DNA of 64,000 nt from the human T2T-CHM13v2.0 reference genome, Homo sapiens (GCF_009914755.1 NC_060925.1); one strand, 5' to 3'. Shown: positions 1-14,345, counted from the first letter of the stretch. Translations and numbers: made by a program. Notes: generated by a model from the sequence alone, not told the origin.

Positions 1-112
1 ATTTCTATCATTTTATTAACATTAAATATACTGATATTATTAGCTAACTGGTCATTCAGTGTAGCGCAAACAGACATTGAGTGTGTAATCTGTGAACTAT
101 TCAGGTTTTTAT

Positions 113-210
113 CCTCTTCTTTCCTCGCTCCCTTACTTCCTTCCCTCCTTTCTCTTCTATTTCTCTCTTTCTCTCTCTCTGGATCCCCTCCATTCCCATC
201 CCTCCCTCTT
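113..210. repeat. CT-rich low-complexity tract
   Basis: Runs of ttcc and ctct. Confidence 0.7.
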
Positions 211-714
211 ATGTGATCAAATAGATCAGGAGATATAAAACATGTGAAGATAACACGAGACATCCATCAACATGTTGGTAGTCCTTATAAGGACTTACTT
301 GATAGACAAAGGACATAAGATGAGTTTTTTTGTTTGTGTGTTCCCATTATCCAATATGTCTTTCCATTATCAAAGCTGACTTTTTAAATTTGCAATGAAT
401 GACACTAGTGTCAAAAGGTAAGAAAAGTATATTGTAGCATAATAAATCAGTTTAAAAATGTAGTGGTTTGTTTAAAAAAATCTTTTCTACATTTTAATTC
501 TGAAATTAATCAAGACAAAAAGATACTGTTAGTGAACAAAGCTAACCTGGGCAACTTTTATAATGTGACAAAAAAATGATACGTATGAGTCAGATTAGCT
601 GGAGTTACTAATGACATTTTTTTAAAAACCATATATTTAAAGTAATTAACTAAGGGACATATAAATATAATTTATTATATTTGTATGTTTAGTATGCAAA
701 ATGATTCCTATGTA

Positions 715-1285
715 GTTATACATGACTAGCAATCCTACTCATAGATATTTACAAAAGAAAGATGAAAACTTACATTCATACAAAAACCTGTATGTGAATG
801 TCTATAGTAGTTGTATTCACAGTCAGCAAAAATTGAAAACAACTAAAATGTCTTTCAGCATGGGCAGAAAGATGAATGGATAAACAAACAGAGTTACATT
901 CACACAATGAAATACTGCTCAGCAAATAAAATGAACAAATTGCTAATATGCCCAACAACGTGGTGAATCACAAATGCATGATGCTAAATAAAGCCAGATT
1001 CAAAAGGCTACATACCGTACGGCTCCATTTACATGACAAAACTATAGTCACAGAAACAGATCAGGGTTACCTCAGATTAGGAGTTCAGAGAGGTTAATTA
1101 TAAAGAGGCAAGAAGAAATTTGGTGGGAGCAGGGAAGGTGGTGATAGAAGGATAGAATTGTTCTCTATCTAGGTTGTGGTAGTGATTAAACGACTGTATG
1201 CTTTGTCAAACTTATAGAACTGTCACTAAAACTTAGTAAATTTTACTTCACGTAAATTATACTCAATAAACCTGATGAAAAAAAA
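715..1285 (+). mobile_element. Old L1 3' end (L1MB/L1MC-type)
   Basis: catgactagcaatcctactc...caaaaacctgtatgtgaatg...ctcaataaa plus an A-rich tail. Confidence 0.8.
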
Positions 1286-4200
1286 TAAGATGAAAAAGTA
1301 AGACCAATTTTATTTCCTATATTAATTATTTATCATTTTCAGAATTAAATTTCAATTATAAAACAAATATTAGAAGAATATTATTTGTTTAATCTCTGGT
1401 TTTGACTAATAAATTCCTGGAATTTCTAGATTATTCCAACTGGTATAAAACTTTAGATATGGTTTATTTAACTAAATTCTTGGAATAAAATGAAAAAATA
1501 TCAATTACAATAAGCATATATTATTGGTTTGAGTCTTCAACCAAAGACAATTGTTGGTTCGTCTCTTTGTGTTTTGGCATAACCATCCCCTCAGTGGGGC
1601 AAGAGTTCTATCAGTTCTCTGGACCCACACACAACTGGTAGAAACTCACCCCTATAAGGAGCTCCCCAAAGACAGAATTTAATGAAAAGGAAAAAAGAGG
1701 AACATACTTCAGAACTGCAAGTTGCTGGTGCTTTCACCATGGCAAGCATTTTCTGAATTAATAATCCTAGCCACAATTGTATACCTTCAGGAAAAATACT
1801 ATCACAGTCATTTGATACAATTACTTTGACTTCCAGTTTGATCTTCCAATCTCAATTGCTAAAAAACGTGAAAGTAATTACATTTACTAGTATGACAGGA
1901 TTCATCTGTTTAAGTCATAGGGGCCCAGTATAAGACCCATTTAAGGCTCGCAATTTCACACTATTGGATGGCTTTGGTGTCTAAACATGGCAGAGCCATG
2001 GTATCTTCTCCCTGCTGTTTCTTTAGCATCTTATTACTTTTATTGGATAGTCCTAATTGGTTGCACTGAGAACAGATGAAGAGCTTTGACATGTTGCGGG
2101 TTGTAAATTTCTTCTAACACCTCTAGGAAAATAATTTCTAAATAAAGGAATTTGTTTCTTAAGAAAAATACACAAAGCCATGATTTTAAAAATGTTTTCA
2201 TTCAGTAGATATATGTGCCTTATTACCACATTTAAATTGTGATGCATGACCAAGCATTAGTTGTTTTTCTTCAATAAGACTGTGCTAATGAAGGAAGAAG
2301 AATCACTAAAATCAAATGCCTTTTATACATGACACCAAAGTCAACCTCATAAGTGAATTGAACTAAATGTCACTTAAATATTGAACAATACTTACAGACT
2401 GATGGGCATATGGCAGCAGGAAAATGCCACCTGGCTCATAGAAGGCACCCAGAGGATAAATGGTTATTATTAATTGATCAGGTAGGAACTAAGGCAATAG
2501 CCACTAATATTACTACAGTAGTAAGTGCTAATATTAATAGATATTAATGGCTTCAGCTGAAAATATTCACAGTGCTGCATGAGTACCTAAATGGATGTCT
2601 AAAAATATAAAATATTGTCCTTCAACCATGTTCAATAAGATACTTCGTTAAAAATAGTTTATCTGAGATCCTTTTAACTCTCAGGTTTGGAGCCTAGAGT
2701 TCATGGCTTTGCATGTTGATTTACCATGAGACCTAGAAAATCAGAGTTTTACTGTCCTAAACTGCTCTTATGAACTGTAAGATATACATCTAGAATCTTA
2801 GTACTATATTTTCCCAGCCTCATAATGTGTGAGGTAATAAGTTAGGTCAGTTTTTATTCACTGTTTCAACTTACTGAAGGAGAATTTCTTTATGATGACA
2901 ATGAAAAAATACAAACAAAAGAAAACTTTTGCATTTCACATACCTCATTTTTTTAAAATGATTCAGAAAAAAATTCTACAGAAAACTCAAGATGCTTGTT
3001 GCAATGCCACAAAGTTAAAATGGCAAAAGTTATCACAAATAACCAGTAATTTGACTGAAAAGGCAATCAAGACTTTTTAAAGAAGATGTAGCTAGTTTAG
3101 TAATGCATTGGTTAAGAAATTTTGGTAATTCAGAATATACAGACTGGGCCTTTTTCTTATTCAGCTACTTCATAAACATAGCTAATGATGATACATCTAA
3201 CATTAAACAAAAAGAGAGCTAGCAAAGATAATGGTGGGGTAATCTGGGAGAGCAATAAAGCATTTGATTATTTGATTGGTGATCTGCGTAAGAGCTTGCA
3301 TGATTTATACTGTTAAAAAATTAAAATGAAACAAGCTTTTCCAAACTCTATTTAAAGTCATGTTTTCAGAGTTAGACTTCTGTCATCCTAGGACTTCCCA
3401 TCAAGTTCTAGTAGCTTATTCAAAATATAATACAGAAGCCTGAGGAGTAAAATTTGTCCACTATGAAATGATTGGAATACCCACATCTTGTTCAGTAAGG
3501 TATATTTTCTTGTGGTCTTGGCAACCTTCAACCACAATCAAAGCAAAGAATGCTCCCTTAGGAGTACATTTGGATGCAACAGCATTCTCCTCTGGATAGC
3601 AAGAGGAGATACCACAATGTGGTATCTCCATTTCCCAGTTTCCATTACAGTTACTCAAGGCTACAGGTGACTGAATTATAGCTAAGCAAATGACAGCAGA
3701 AGTGATATGAATGTGACTGGCAAAACAAAGATGCTGAAGCATTGTCTCAGAGGGGCAATTAGATGTTTGCCACATGATCTATTTATTTAGGGCAACAGCT
3801 GTGCATATATTCAAAAACTTTAAATGGAACAACTCTCCAAGCTCTCCTGAACTCTGTATTTTTAATTCAAGAACAAACTGAGGACATGCTGCTAGTTCCC
3901 CTTCCCACCATTAATTACCACAAAGGAGAGAAAATATATTTTTATTATGTACAAATATGTAACATTCCAGAGAAAAAAGGATTTGTACCTTTTTTTATTC
4001 ATTGAATGCACTTCATCTTCTTTGACACATGGAGTAGATTTAAAGAAGACTACAGTTTTCAAATTCTCATAGATGATGAAGGCTAAAGGAATGGCCAGGT
4101 TTAATCACTTTCTGGGTGATTAATTTGGGCACTTCAGTAGAAATAGCCCAGCAGTTTTACTCTTCATCATCATATCCACACACGGGCAAAGGAGCAGGCC

Positions 4201-4513
4201 ACAGAGGTATCTCCCTCAAGTAGGAACCAAGATTGCAGGTAGAGACTTCAGAAAGGCAGAATGGTCTCCTTGGTATCTGGTGGCACTCGCCAAGGTCAGG
4301 TCAGAAGATCACAGTGCTGAAACTTTCTCACTGAGGCCACAGCAGTTAAATGCCAATGACACAACTATAATAAAACAGCCTAAACAAATTATTACAAACG
4401 AAGTCACCACTGTATTCTTCAGGAAAACTAAAAATGAATTTCATTAACTGATAAAAGGTCTCTACAAAATACCTAAAGTAAACATCACAGTGTTTGATGA
4501 AAATTAGAAACAA

Positions 4514-4814
<301 letters not shown>

Positions 4815-5975
4815 TCAGAAACGGGAAAAAATTTTTTCTTTGTTATCACTTCTTAATTAAAACACTGTAATGGAGTGCTAAGACAATAAATAAAAGTATT
4901 TTTAAAACCTTCTGAAGTAGTTATAAATTAGCTAAAAGTATTGAGGCTTTTATAAAAAAAAACATAAAATTATCAATAATAACAGAAGTGACATTCTGAA
5001 TAACTGGAGAAATTTATTATTATAATTCTCCAAAAACAAGTCCTAAATTTAGTATCATCCAAATCCAAATTCCAACAGGATTTCTGAAGGTGTTTGACAG
5101 GCTTATTCAAAAATTCATGTAGGAGGTCTTCACCATAAGAATATAAAAGGCATTTTTAAAAAGAAGAACAAAGACAAGGGATTATCAAAATATATCTAAA
5201 CATAGTAACAACATAAGAAATCAAAATTGGCTAGTATTAAAACAAGAATAGAATAGGATATCAATAAATCGGAATACAGACTTCAGAAACAGACTAACAT
5301 AATTCAAACTACTTTTCAAGCTACTGAGGAGATGATATGGTATTCAAAAAATTGGGTTGGGGTAATTGAATGTTAACTTTGATAATAAAAAGTGAAGTCC
5401 CTACCTCACAGAAATAATAAAAACAAGTTTTAAATTGAAGATACAAATATAAAGCAATGTTTAAGGTAATTATGAAAAATACATCTACAAACATGGAATA
5501 AATGAGGTCATCTTCAACAAGATACAAAAAATAAAATATTAAAAGAATAATTTGCCTACATAAAAATTATAACCTATTTATGTTAAAAGATGCCATTAAT
5601 AGATTATTAAACCCAACAATAAAAAGGAGAAATATATTTGAAATGTATATAATAAGCAAAAAGTTAGTATACAGTATGTGAAAATAACTCCTACAAATTA
5701 ATATTTTAAAGACCCACAAAAATGGGACAGAATGTAAACACACAATTCCAAGAGAGAAGACCTAAATAACCAGTAAGCATGAGAAGATATGCAGCCTCAT
5801 TGGTTAGGAAAAAAATGAAAATTACAATGAGAATGAGATAGCTTTTTTAAACACAATTTGATTAGGAAAATGTAAAAAAGCATTGTAATATCCAATGCTG
5901 TTTCGCCTAAGGAAGACAAGAAACTCCCCAAAATTGCTAGTGGCAGATTGGTGTAGCTACTTCAGAGAGACATTT

Positions 5976-6092
5976 TGTGGCATTTGTTAAATTATTTAAA
6001 ATATGTATCCTAGGCCTCATCACTTCCAGTCCTATGTGGCATTTGTTAAATTATTTAAAACATGTATCCTAGGCCTCATCACTTCCAGTCCT
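5976..6092. repeat. Tandem duplication, 2 x 59 bp
   Basis: tgtggcatttgttaaattatttaaaa(t/c)atgtatcctaggcctcatcacttccagtcct repeated with 1 mismatch. Confidence 0.95.
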
Positions 6093-6607
6093 GGAGATTT
6101 TCTCTAAAGGACTACTCAGACAAGTCTGCAAAGAGGCATATGTAATGTATTGCAGCATGAATTAAAAGTGCTTGTTTTAAAAAAATAAGAAAAACATCAA
6201 CAGAGAAATGGAAATTAATAGTATATTCATTCTATGAACTTCCAATATATCGTGAGAAAAAAGTTGCTTGAACATAAAAATGTACAGCATCTCATTTATA
6301 CTTTCAAAAATCAATTCTATGTACCATTTTTGAATAGCAATATATATGCAAATATGTAAAAAGTCCTAGTAGCATACAAGTTGCTCATTGATAATAATGG
6401 TTACTTGAGGGAAGGGACTGGAAATTAAATGTGGTGGTAATCAAGTAAAACTTGATTTTATCATAATATTTGCATATTTTACAGTGAGAATTCATTCATA
6501 TATTTATTATTAATTATGTAGTAAAAATAAAACTGAAAAACATCTTGGCATGTTCAGACTCAGCTGGAATGGGATTAAGAAGATATCTATATCCAGCAGT
6601 TTAGCTA

Positions 6608-7062
6608 GTGTGAGAGACAGAATAATGGTCCCTCAAAGATGTCTATGCCCTAATCCTTAGAACATGTAAATATGTTAATTTACGGGGCAAAAGGGACTTT
6701 GCAGATGTGTAAAATTCAGAATCTTGAGATGAGGAGAATTATCTGAGTGAGTCAAATGTAATCATAAGGGGTTCATATATGAGGGAAGCGGTAGTGTCAG
6801 AAAAGGCAATATGACAACGGAAGCAGAGATAGAGACTGGAAGAGGTTACACTGCTGGCTTTCAAGAGTCAAGGAATACAAGCACCCTCTAGAAGCTGGAA
6901 AAGACAAGGAGCCAGATTCTCCCCTAGCACCTCCAGGAAGTATTCAGCCCTGATATCCGTATCCAACTTTTGACCTTCAGCATTGTAATAGAATATATTT
7001 GTGTCTGTTTTGAACCTTTAAGTTTGTGCTAGTTTTTGCAACAGTAATAGGAAACCAATACA
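6608..7062 (+). mobile_element. MaLR solo LTR (MLT1D-like)
   Basis: tgtg...cagaataatggtccctcaaagatgtc...gggactttgcagatgtg...ggaaaccaataca. Confidence 0.8.
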
Positions 7063-7187
7063 ACCAGTTAAGATAATTTATGAGTCAGTAAATATGCAGT
7101 ATGCAGACATCAACAAATAAAAGAGAATCTACTTTAACTTTTTAAATAGCTTCTATTCTATCTCATAAACAAAGATATTAATTTCAG

Positions 7188-7314
7188 GATACATGTAAAA
7201 TTTTCTAAACAAAGACAGTACATTGAAATATGGATTAAGAGTAAATCCAGATTATTAACATCAGGAACAATTTTCATCAAAGATAGTTGTCTATAACATT
7301 TTTCTTCCTGCCAG
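7188..7314 (+). pseudogene. Dynein-like exon relic (LNKDSTLKYGLRVNPDY*HQEQFSSKIVVYNIFLPA)
   Basis: atttcag acceptor and strong donor CAG|gtaagt at 7314/7315. Resembles the L.YG...PLEQ.....VFLP.L segment at the dynein N-terminus. In-frame stops present. Confidence 0.55.
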
Positions 7315-8419
7315 GTAAGTTTCCAGTGATGTTATCTTGCTTCTGGTCAAGTTGTAGAGACACTTTTTAGTATTAGCTATAAATAAGCCCTCCTTCATTC
7401 TAAGATATTCTATCTTACTTGCCAGCCTGTTCATCTTTTTATCAGATATTGCTCTGAATTGAGATTTAGAACAAACATTGTACCATTTTTCCCCCAAAAT
7501 TCTTCCATGGAAAGGTATTTCAGCCCCCTGGACAGGTTACAGATATACAAGGTTACACAGGACATCTGTTTCTCAGGGGAAAGGAAGTCCTCAGCACACA
7601 TTGCAGGTCACCCTCAGCAATTTTGTCTTCTTAATTAACAACAGAAAAAAATATATATAGATTTTTAAAATATTAATTAAAGTATCTTTAAATACGTGTT
7701 TGATTTTAGCTTCTGTTAAAATCAGATTGAGCAACTAAATTCACTACTTTTTTTTTACTGACAATATTTTTCCATATTAATGTCTCCTATTAGTAATTTA
7801 TTTTCCATCATGAAAAAGCACTTAAAATACCAATGGCCTACTTCAGAGCAAGTTCATGGATGAAAGCCCCTGATTGGCTACTAATGGATCAGGTTCATAA
7901 CCTATCTTTTATTTATTGATTTTTAAGCACTGTCTTCAAGTCTGAGTTTCAAAAAGACTATTTTTTTATAGAATACTTAGGAAAGCCTGGAGTGAGGGAT
8001 GCTATTTTTGTGAGAAAAATGGGATGGGGAAAGGAGAGGTTTAAGGTAAACTTTTCCATCAATAGGATCAGTCTATTATCATGAAATTAAACATAAGACA
8101 AATTGCCCTCTTTCCCACTTCTATTAAAGTCATCTTCTCGGTGTACAGTGTCTTCTGGTTTTTGAGGAAACTGCTCTTCTGACAGTGTCTCAGGCAGAAA
8201 TTGCACAAAGCACAGAGAGAAAGTGAGGAGGTTATGAGAACCATAAAAGACAGAGTAGTGGTCTGTATAGGTCAAGACTTATAAAAGAAGGATGATTTTT
8301 AATTAAAACAAGTCATTCTCTTTTATATTTCCAGGTCAATTCTATTTATTTTGTTGAGTTGTTCTTTGAGAGTAGACAGGTTTTGTTCTCTCTCAGTAAT
8401 AGCATAAACAGAAATGCAC

Positions 8420-8670
8420 AGAGGTCAGGACGACAAAATTTGCAGTCAAGAGCATCAGATTGTAAATTCCAGCTCTGCCAGGTCCCAGACCTTGGCCATG
8501 GACAAGTTTCATACCATTCTTTGAGCCTTGGCTCCTCATCTGTTAGATGTGAATGGGAGTTCACATTTGAATTCCTTCATGTGGCTGTCACGAGTATTAC
8601 GTGAGATATAAGCCTCTTCCCACCATGTCTGGCACATGCTGAGGACTCGTTAGGAAACAACTGTTACTGT
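8420..8670 (+). mobile_element. MIR
   Basis: ccagctctgcc...gagccttggctcctcatctgtt core. Confidence 0.65.
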
Positions 8671-9337
8671 GCAGTTTGCAGTTTTTAAATCACTATGATA
8701 ATCAGGGAAGCTTGCTGTAGTTAATAAAATTCTTTCACTCAGTTTAAGCCCATTTATTCTTGCTTAAATCTCTATAATCCTAGCCTAAATACATACCATG
8801 ACACCTACCTAAGTAGGCAAAAGGTAGTTTAATCCGTAAGGCCAGTCACATCTGTTTATTGTTGGACTTTACCAAAACAAAAAGATATTTTGAATTAGAT
8901 GATAAATCTGAAGAAGATATATCTTATATGTCATATGTTCCAATAATGAAACACTCAAACTGAATTTCTATCAAGACTACAGGTTGAGAAGCTAGCACTA
9001 AATTCTGTTACTTAAGCTACCCTCTGTCCACTGAGGCATTTATCCTCAAAGCAAGGAATGAACCAAAAGGTCCATAGTATGGTGGCAGGCTCCAGCAAAA
9101 GTATGGGTCTGTGAGTAATTAGTCTCTTTTATTATTCATTCATCTAATTAATAGTTATACTCTGGATATTCGCTACTTGCCAGGCATAGTTCTAAGGGTT
9201 AGGAATAGAGCAGAAAATGAAATATCCTCTTCCTTAAATACTACAGACATTGTTTTAAACATTTTAAACACTAGAGACAGTAGTACATATTACAATATAT
9301 TACCTGTCAGGCTATAAACAAATAAGTAATAAATATA

Positions 9338-10177
9338 CAGCATGTCCTCAAATTGTATCACTTCGTTCAATGTCATTTGATTATAAGGTTGATGAGAAAA
9401 GAACTGGATTCCCGGAGGAGGACTCTGCCTGTGCAGAGTTTGTACATTCTCTCCACATTTGTGTGGGTTTTCTCCGGGTACTCCGGTTTCCTCCCACATC
9501 CCGAAGCTGTGCCCGTTAGGTGAATCAGTGTTCCTGCATGGTCCCAGTGAGAGTGTGTCGGTGTGTGTGAGTGCACCCTACAGTGGAATGGCAGCCTGTC
9601 CAAGGCTGGTTCCTGTCTTGCATCTGAGCTACTGGAATGGACTCCAGCCACCTGCAACCCTGAACTGGAGTTAAGTGTGACAGAAAATGAGTACAAATTA
9701 TTGTCGAAAAATAAATTTTCATGTCTAAGATAAACATACTAATGCATGACAATAAATGAGGCAGGCCCTTAGTGAGCCTGCCTATATGCAATTGTTTGTT
9801 TTTGAACTACATGGTGTTAGGAGGTTCTCCTTCCAATTTTCACTTCACAGACATTTATTTCTTGGTTTAACCCACCACCATTATGACCGCCATCAATCAC
9901 TGATTCACCAAACTTCAGTAAATAATTACCTTGATTGTTTTGATTAAATTTTCTTAAATGTATGAACAGCTCATGTTTATTTCAATATTTAATATTAGAA
10001 GTGTTTTGGTCCTTATTAAGAAGTTCAGTGGTGTTTTTGTGACAAGAAATATGCCATAGCAACTTAGCTCTTGTTTATATCAATTAGCTGATGGTAACAC
10101 TGGTTTTGTTATAGGTGGTTTGGCTTAAAGTCACAGTTTACAAGAACCTGTCAACAACGTTAAGTGAGGAACTACTG
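9338..10177 (+). mobile_element. MER6 DNA transposon (Tigger-type), full length
   Basis: cagcatgtcctc...gtgaggaactactg termini with TA target sites. Internal gtgggttttctccgggtactccggtttcctcccacatcc V-SINE-like core. Confidence 0.88.
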
Positions 10178-10899
10178 TATAGGTCATTTTTTGAATATGA
10201 ACTATTGTCAAAAACTATGCAAAGTGAGGTTTATAAGGAGTGCCAGCTTGGAAGTTGGGTGAAGTGAGGATAAGGAAAGGCTTTAATGAAAAGATGATAA
10301 ATGAGCAGAGATCCAAAGGAATGTGCCATGAAGGCAACTAAGGATAGAGTGTTCCAAGCTAGGATCCTTGGGCTGACCACAAAGATTATATTTAGTGATT
10401 AATGACAGTGATTCAGCATTCACTAAACATCTTCCAGAAAAAGTAAAATAAGATTCTGAATTTACATAGTTTATGGCTTTAAAAAGTATTTCTAACTTTA
10501 TAATCAATGACAGCACAAAATCACCAGGAATGAGATCTTTGATATGTACAATTTTCCAGTACTTTATGGTAAAACCAATCTGCACTGGAGAATGTAAAGA
10601 ATCAGCTATAGGCAATGTCCAATGAGCTGTTTAACTGTGGACAAAAAGAAGTGATTCACAACTGGAAAACAGAAAATACTTTACATGGTATGTGGATAGA
10701 TTATAAATTGCAATAGTGACAGGGCATTTTGTGGCAGCCTGGAGGAATGGCATTGTTCCAAATCTTGAGGCCAACCAACAAGCAAAAATCTTAAATATCC
10801 TCAACAGCTTTAAACAGGAACACAATCAATCATCAAAAAATTGACGTAACATACATTCAATAAGAAAAGCCACAGCTGCACAAACAAGCAAGAGTATCT

Positions 10900-13800
10900 T
10901 CTCAAAAGACAATTACACAACAAAAGATGCAATCAACAGAGTGAAAAGGCAACCTACCTGTATTAGTTCATGCTCACACTGCTATAAAGAAATACCTGAG
11001 ACTAGGTAATTTATAAAGAAAAGAGGTTTAATTGGCTCAGGGTTCCACAGGAAACTTACAAACATGGCAGATGGCAAAGGAGAAACAAGCTCATCTTACA
11101 TGGCCAGAGCAGGAGGAAGACAGAGAAGGGGGGAGGTGCCACACATTTTTAAACAACCACATCATGAGAACTCACTATCACAACAACAGCACAAATGAAG
11201 ATCATGTTAATCATGAGAAACTGCACCCATGATCCAATCACCTCTCACCAGGCCCCACCTCTAGTATTAGGGATTACATTTCAACCTGAGATTTGGGTGG
11301 GGACACAGATACAAACCATATCATTCCACTCCTGGCCCCTCCCAAATCTCATGTCCTTCTCACATTTCAAAGTGCAATGAACAGTACCCCAAAGTCTTAA
11401 CTAATTCAGTATTAATTCAAAAGTCCATAGTCCAAAGTCTCATCTGAAATAAGGCTAGTTTCTTCTGCCTATGAGCCTGTAAAACCAAAAACAAGTTAGT
11501 TACTTCCAAGGTACAATGCGAGTTCAAGTATGGGGTAATTTTCCCCTTTCCAAAAGGGAGAAATCAGACAGAGGAAAGGGGCTACAGGCCCCATGCAAGT
11601 CTGAAATCCCGCAGGACAGTCATTAAATCTTAAAGCTCCAAAATGATCTCTTTTGACTCCATGTCCCACATCCAGGGCACACTGGTTAAAGAGGTGGACT
11701 CCCAAAGCCTTGGGCAGCTCCATCCCTGTGGCTTTGCAGAGTCCATCCCCTGCAGCTACTCTCAGGGGCTGGTATTAAGTGCCTGTGGCTTTTCTAGGTG
11801 CATGGTGCAAGCTGTTGGTGGATCTGCTATTCTGGGGTCTGAAGGATGGGAGCCCTCTTCTCACAGTTCCACTAGGCAGTGCCTCAGTGGGGACTCTCTG
11901 TGGGGGCTCCAACCCATATTTCCCCTCCACACTGCCCTAGTAGACGTTCATGAGGGCTCTGCCCCTGCATCAGGCTTCTGCCTGAACATTCAGGCTTTTC
12001 CATACATCTTCTGAAATCTAGGCAGAGGCTCCCAAGCCTCTCCTTTTGCATTCTGTGCACCCACAGGCTTAACACAATATGAAAGTCACCAAGGCTTATA
12101 GCTTGCAGCCCCTGAAGCAGGAGACCAAGCTGCACCTGGGCCCCTATTAGCCACAGCTGATGCTGGAGCAGCTGTGATGCAAGGAGCAGTGTCCCAAGGC
12201 TGCTCAGAGCAGCAGGGCCCTGGGCCTGGCCCACAAAACCACTCTTCCCTCCTAGGCCTCTGGGCCTGTGATGGGAGGAACTGCCAGAAGTTCTCTAAAA
12301 TGCCTTCCAGGCTTTTTCCCCATTGTCTTGGCTATCAGCACTTGCATTTCTTTTAGTTATGTGAATTTATGCAGCCTGTTTGAATTTCTCCACAGAAAGA
12401 AAAGGTTTTTCTTTCCTACCACATGCCCAGGCTGCAAATTTTCCACTTTTATGCTGTGCTTCCCCTTTAAATATAAGTTCAAGTTTCAGGTTATTTCTTT
12501 GCTCATGTGTATTAGCATGGCTGTTAGAAACAGCCAGGTCACATCTTGAACACTTTGCTGCTGAGAAATTTCTTCCACCAGATACCCTAAATCATCATTC
12601 TCAATTTCAAAGTTTTACAAATCCTTAGGGCAGGGGCACAATGCCTCCAGACTCTTTGCTAAAGCACAGCAACAGTAACCTTTACTGCAGTTTCCAATAA
12701 ATTCTTCTTTTCCATGTGAGACCTCCTCAGCCTGGACTTCATTGTCCATATCACTATCAGAATTTTGGTCACAACAATTTAACAAGTCTCTATGAAGTTC
12801 CCAATTTTCCCTCATCCTCTTTTCTTCTTCTGAGTCCCCCATACTTTTCCACCCTCTGCCCATTACCCAGTTCCAAAGTCGCTTCCACATTTTTAGGTGT
12901 GTTTATAGCAATGCCCACTCCTTAGTACCAATTTTCTGTATTAGTCCATTCTCACACTGCTATAAAGAAATACCTGAGACTGGGTAATTTATAAAGAAAA
13001 GAAGCTTATTTGGCTTACAATGCTACAGGCTATACAGGAAGCATGATACTGGCCATCTGCTCAGCTTCTGGGGAGATCTCAGGAAATTAAATTATGGTGG
13101 AAGGGGAAGAGGAAGAAGGCTCATCTTATGTGGCTAAAGCAGAAAGAAGTGAGTGGGGGCATGTGCCACACATTTTTAAACAACCAGATCTCATGAGAGT
13201 TCGCTCTCATGATGACAGCACAAATGGGGATGATGTTAACCATGATATACTGTAGGCATGATGCAAATACCTCGCATCCGGCCCACCTCCACCATTGAAG
13301 ATTAGATTTCAACCTGAGATTTGTATGGGGACACAGATCCAAACCATATCACTACCAAATGGGAGAAAATATTTGCAAACCATATACTGACAAAGGGTTA
13401 ATACCTAAAATATATTCAAAGTTTCTATAACTTAACAACAACAATAAAATCTGATTTTTACAAATGGGCAAATGACTTGAATATCATTTCTCCAAAAAAT
13501 ACAGACAAATAGTCAAAAGGCATATGAAGAGACACTGAACATCACTAGTCACCAGGAAAATTTTAATCAAAACTGCAATGATATAACACCTTACACTCGT
13601 TAAGATGGGCACTCTCAATAATTAAAAATAAGTAAGAAACAGAAAATAACAAGTGTTGGTTATAACACTTATGCTATACAAAATAACAAGTGTTGTTTAT
13701 GACACTTGTTATATCCTTGTGCACTGTTTTTAGGAATGTAAAGTGATGTAGCTGCTATTAAAAACAGCATAGAAGTTCCCCCAGAAACTTAAAAATAGAA

Positions 13801-14345
13801 TTACCATATGATCCAAAAATCCCGCTTCTGGGGACATATCTAAAAGAATTGTAAATAAGATCTCAAAGCAATATTTGCCCACCTATGTTCATTGCAGTAT
13901 TATTCACAATAGCTAAAAAGTGCAAGCAACCTAGCAACCTAAATGTTCATCAACAATGAATGCATGAATAAACAAAATGTGATATATACCTACAATGAAA
14001 TATTACTCAGCTTAGAAAGGAAGAAAATTCTATGACATGCTACAGCATGGATGAACCTAAAGGACATTACCTTAAGTGAAATAAGCCAGTCACACACTAC
14101 CTGATTTAACTTATATGAGATATCTAAAGCAGTCAAATTCTTAGAAAGAGGAAGTAGAATAGTGATTGCCAAGGGCTGGGAAGAAGGAGGACAAAGGAAG
14201 TTGCTATTTAATGTGTACAGTTTTAGTTTTGCAAGATGAGAAAGTTCTAGAGATCTGTTACACAAGGTACATATAGTTACTACTGTACTGTCCACTTAAA
14301 ATTGGTTAAAAGTCAATTTTATGTTCTGTGTTTTTTACCACATAA
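10900..14345 (+). mobile_element. L1MA/MB 3' portion split by an MST insertion
   Basis: caatcaacagagtgaaaaggcaacctacc continues as ctaccaaatgggagaaaatatttgcaaac after 13351. Confidence 0.85.
10959..13351 (-). mobile_element. Full-length MaLR provirus, MST (MSTA-like): LTR 10959-11323, internal region, LTR 12937-13351
   Basis: Two LTRs (tgtattagt...aaaccatatca), MaLR internal sequence, 5-bp TSD ctacc. Confidence 0.92.
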
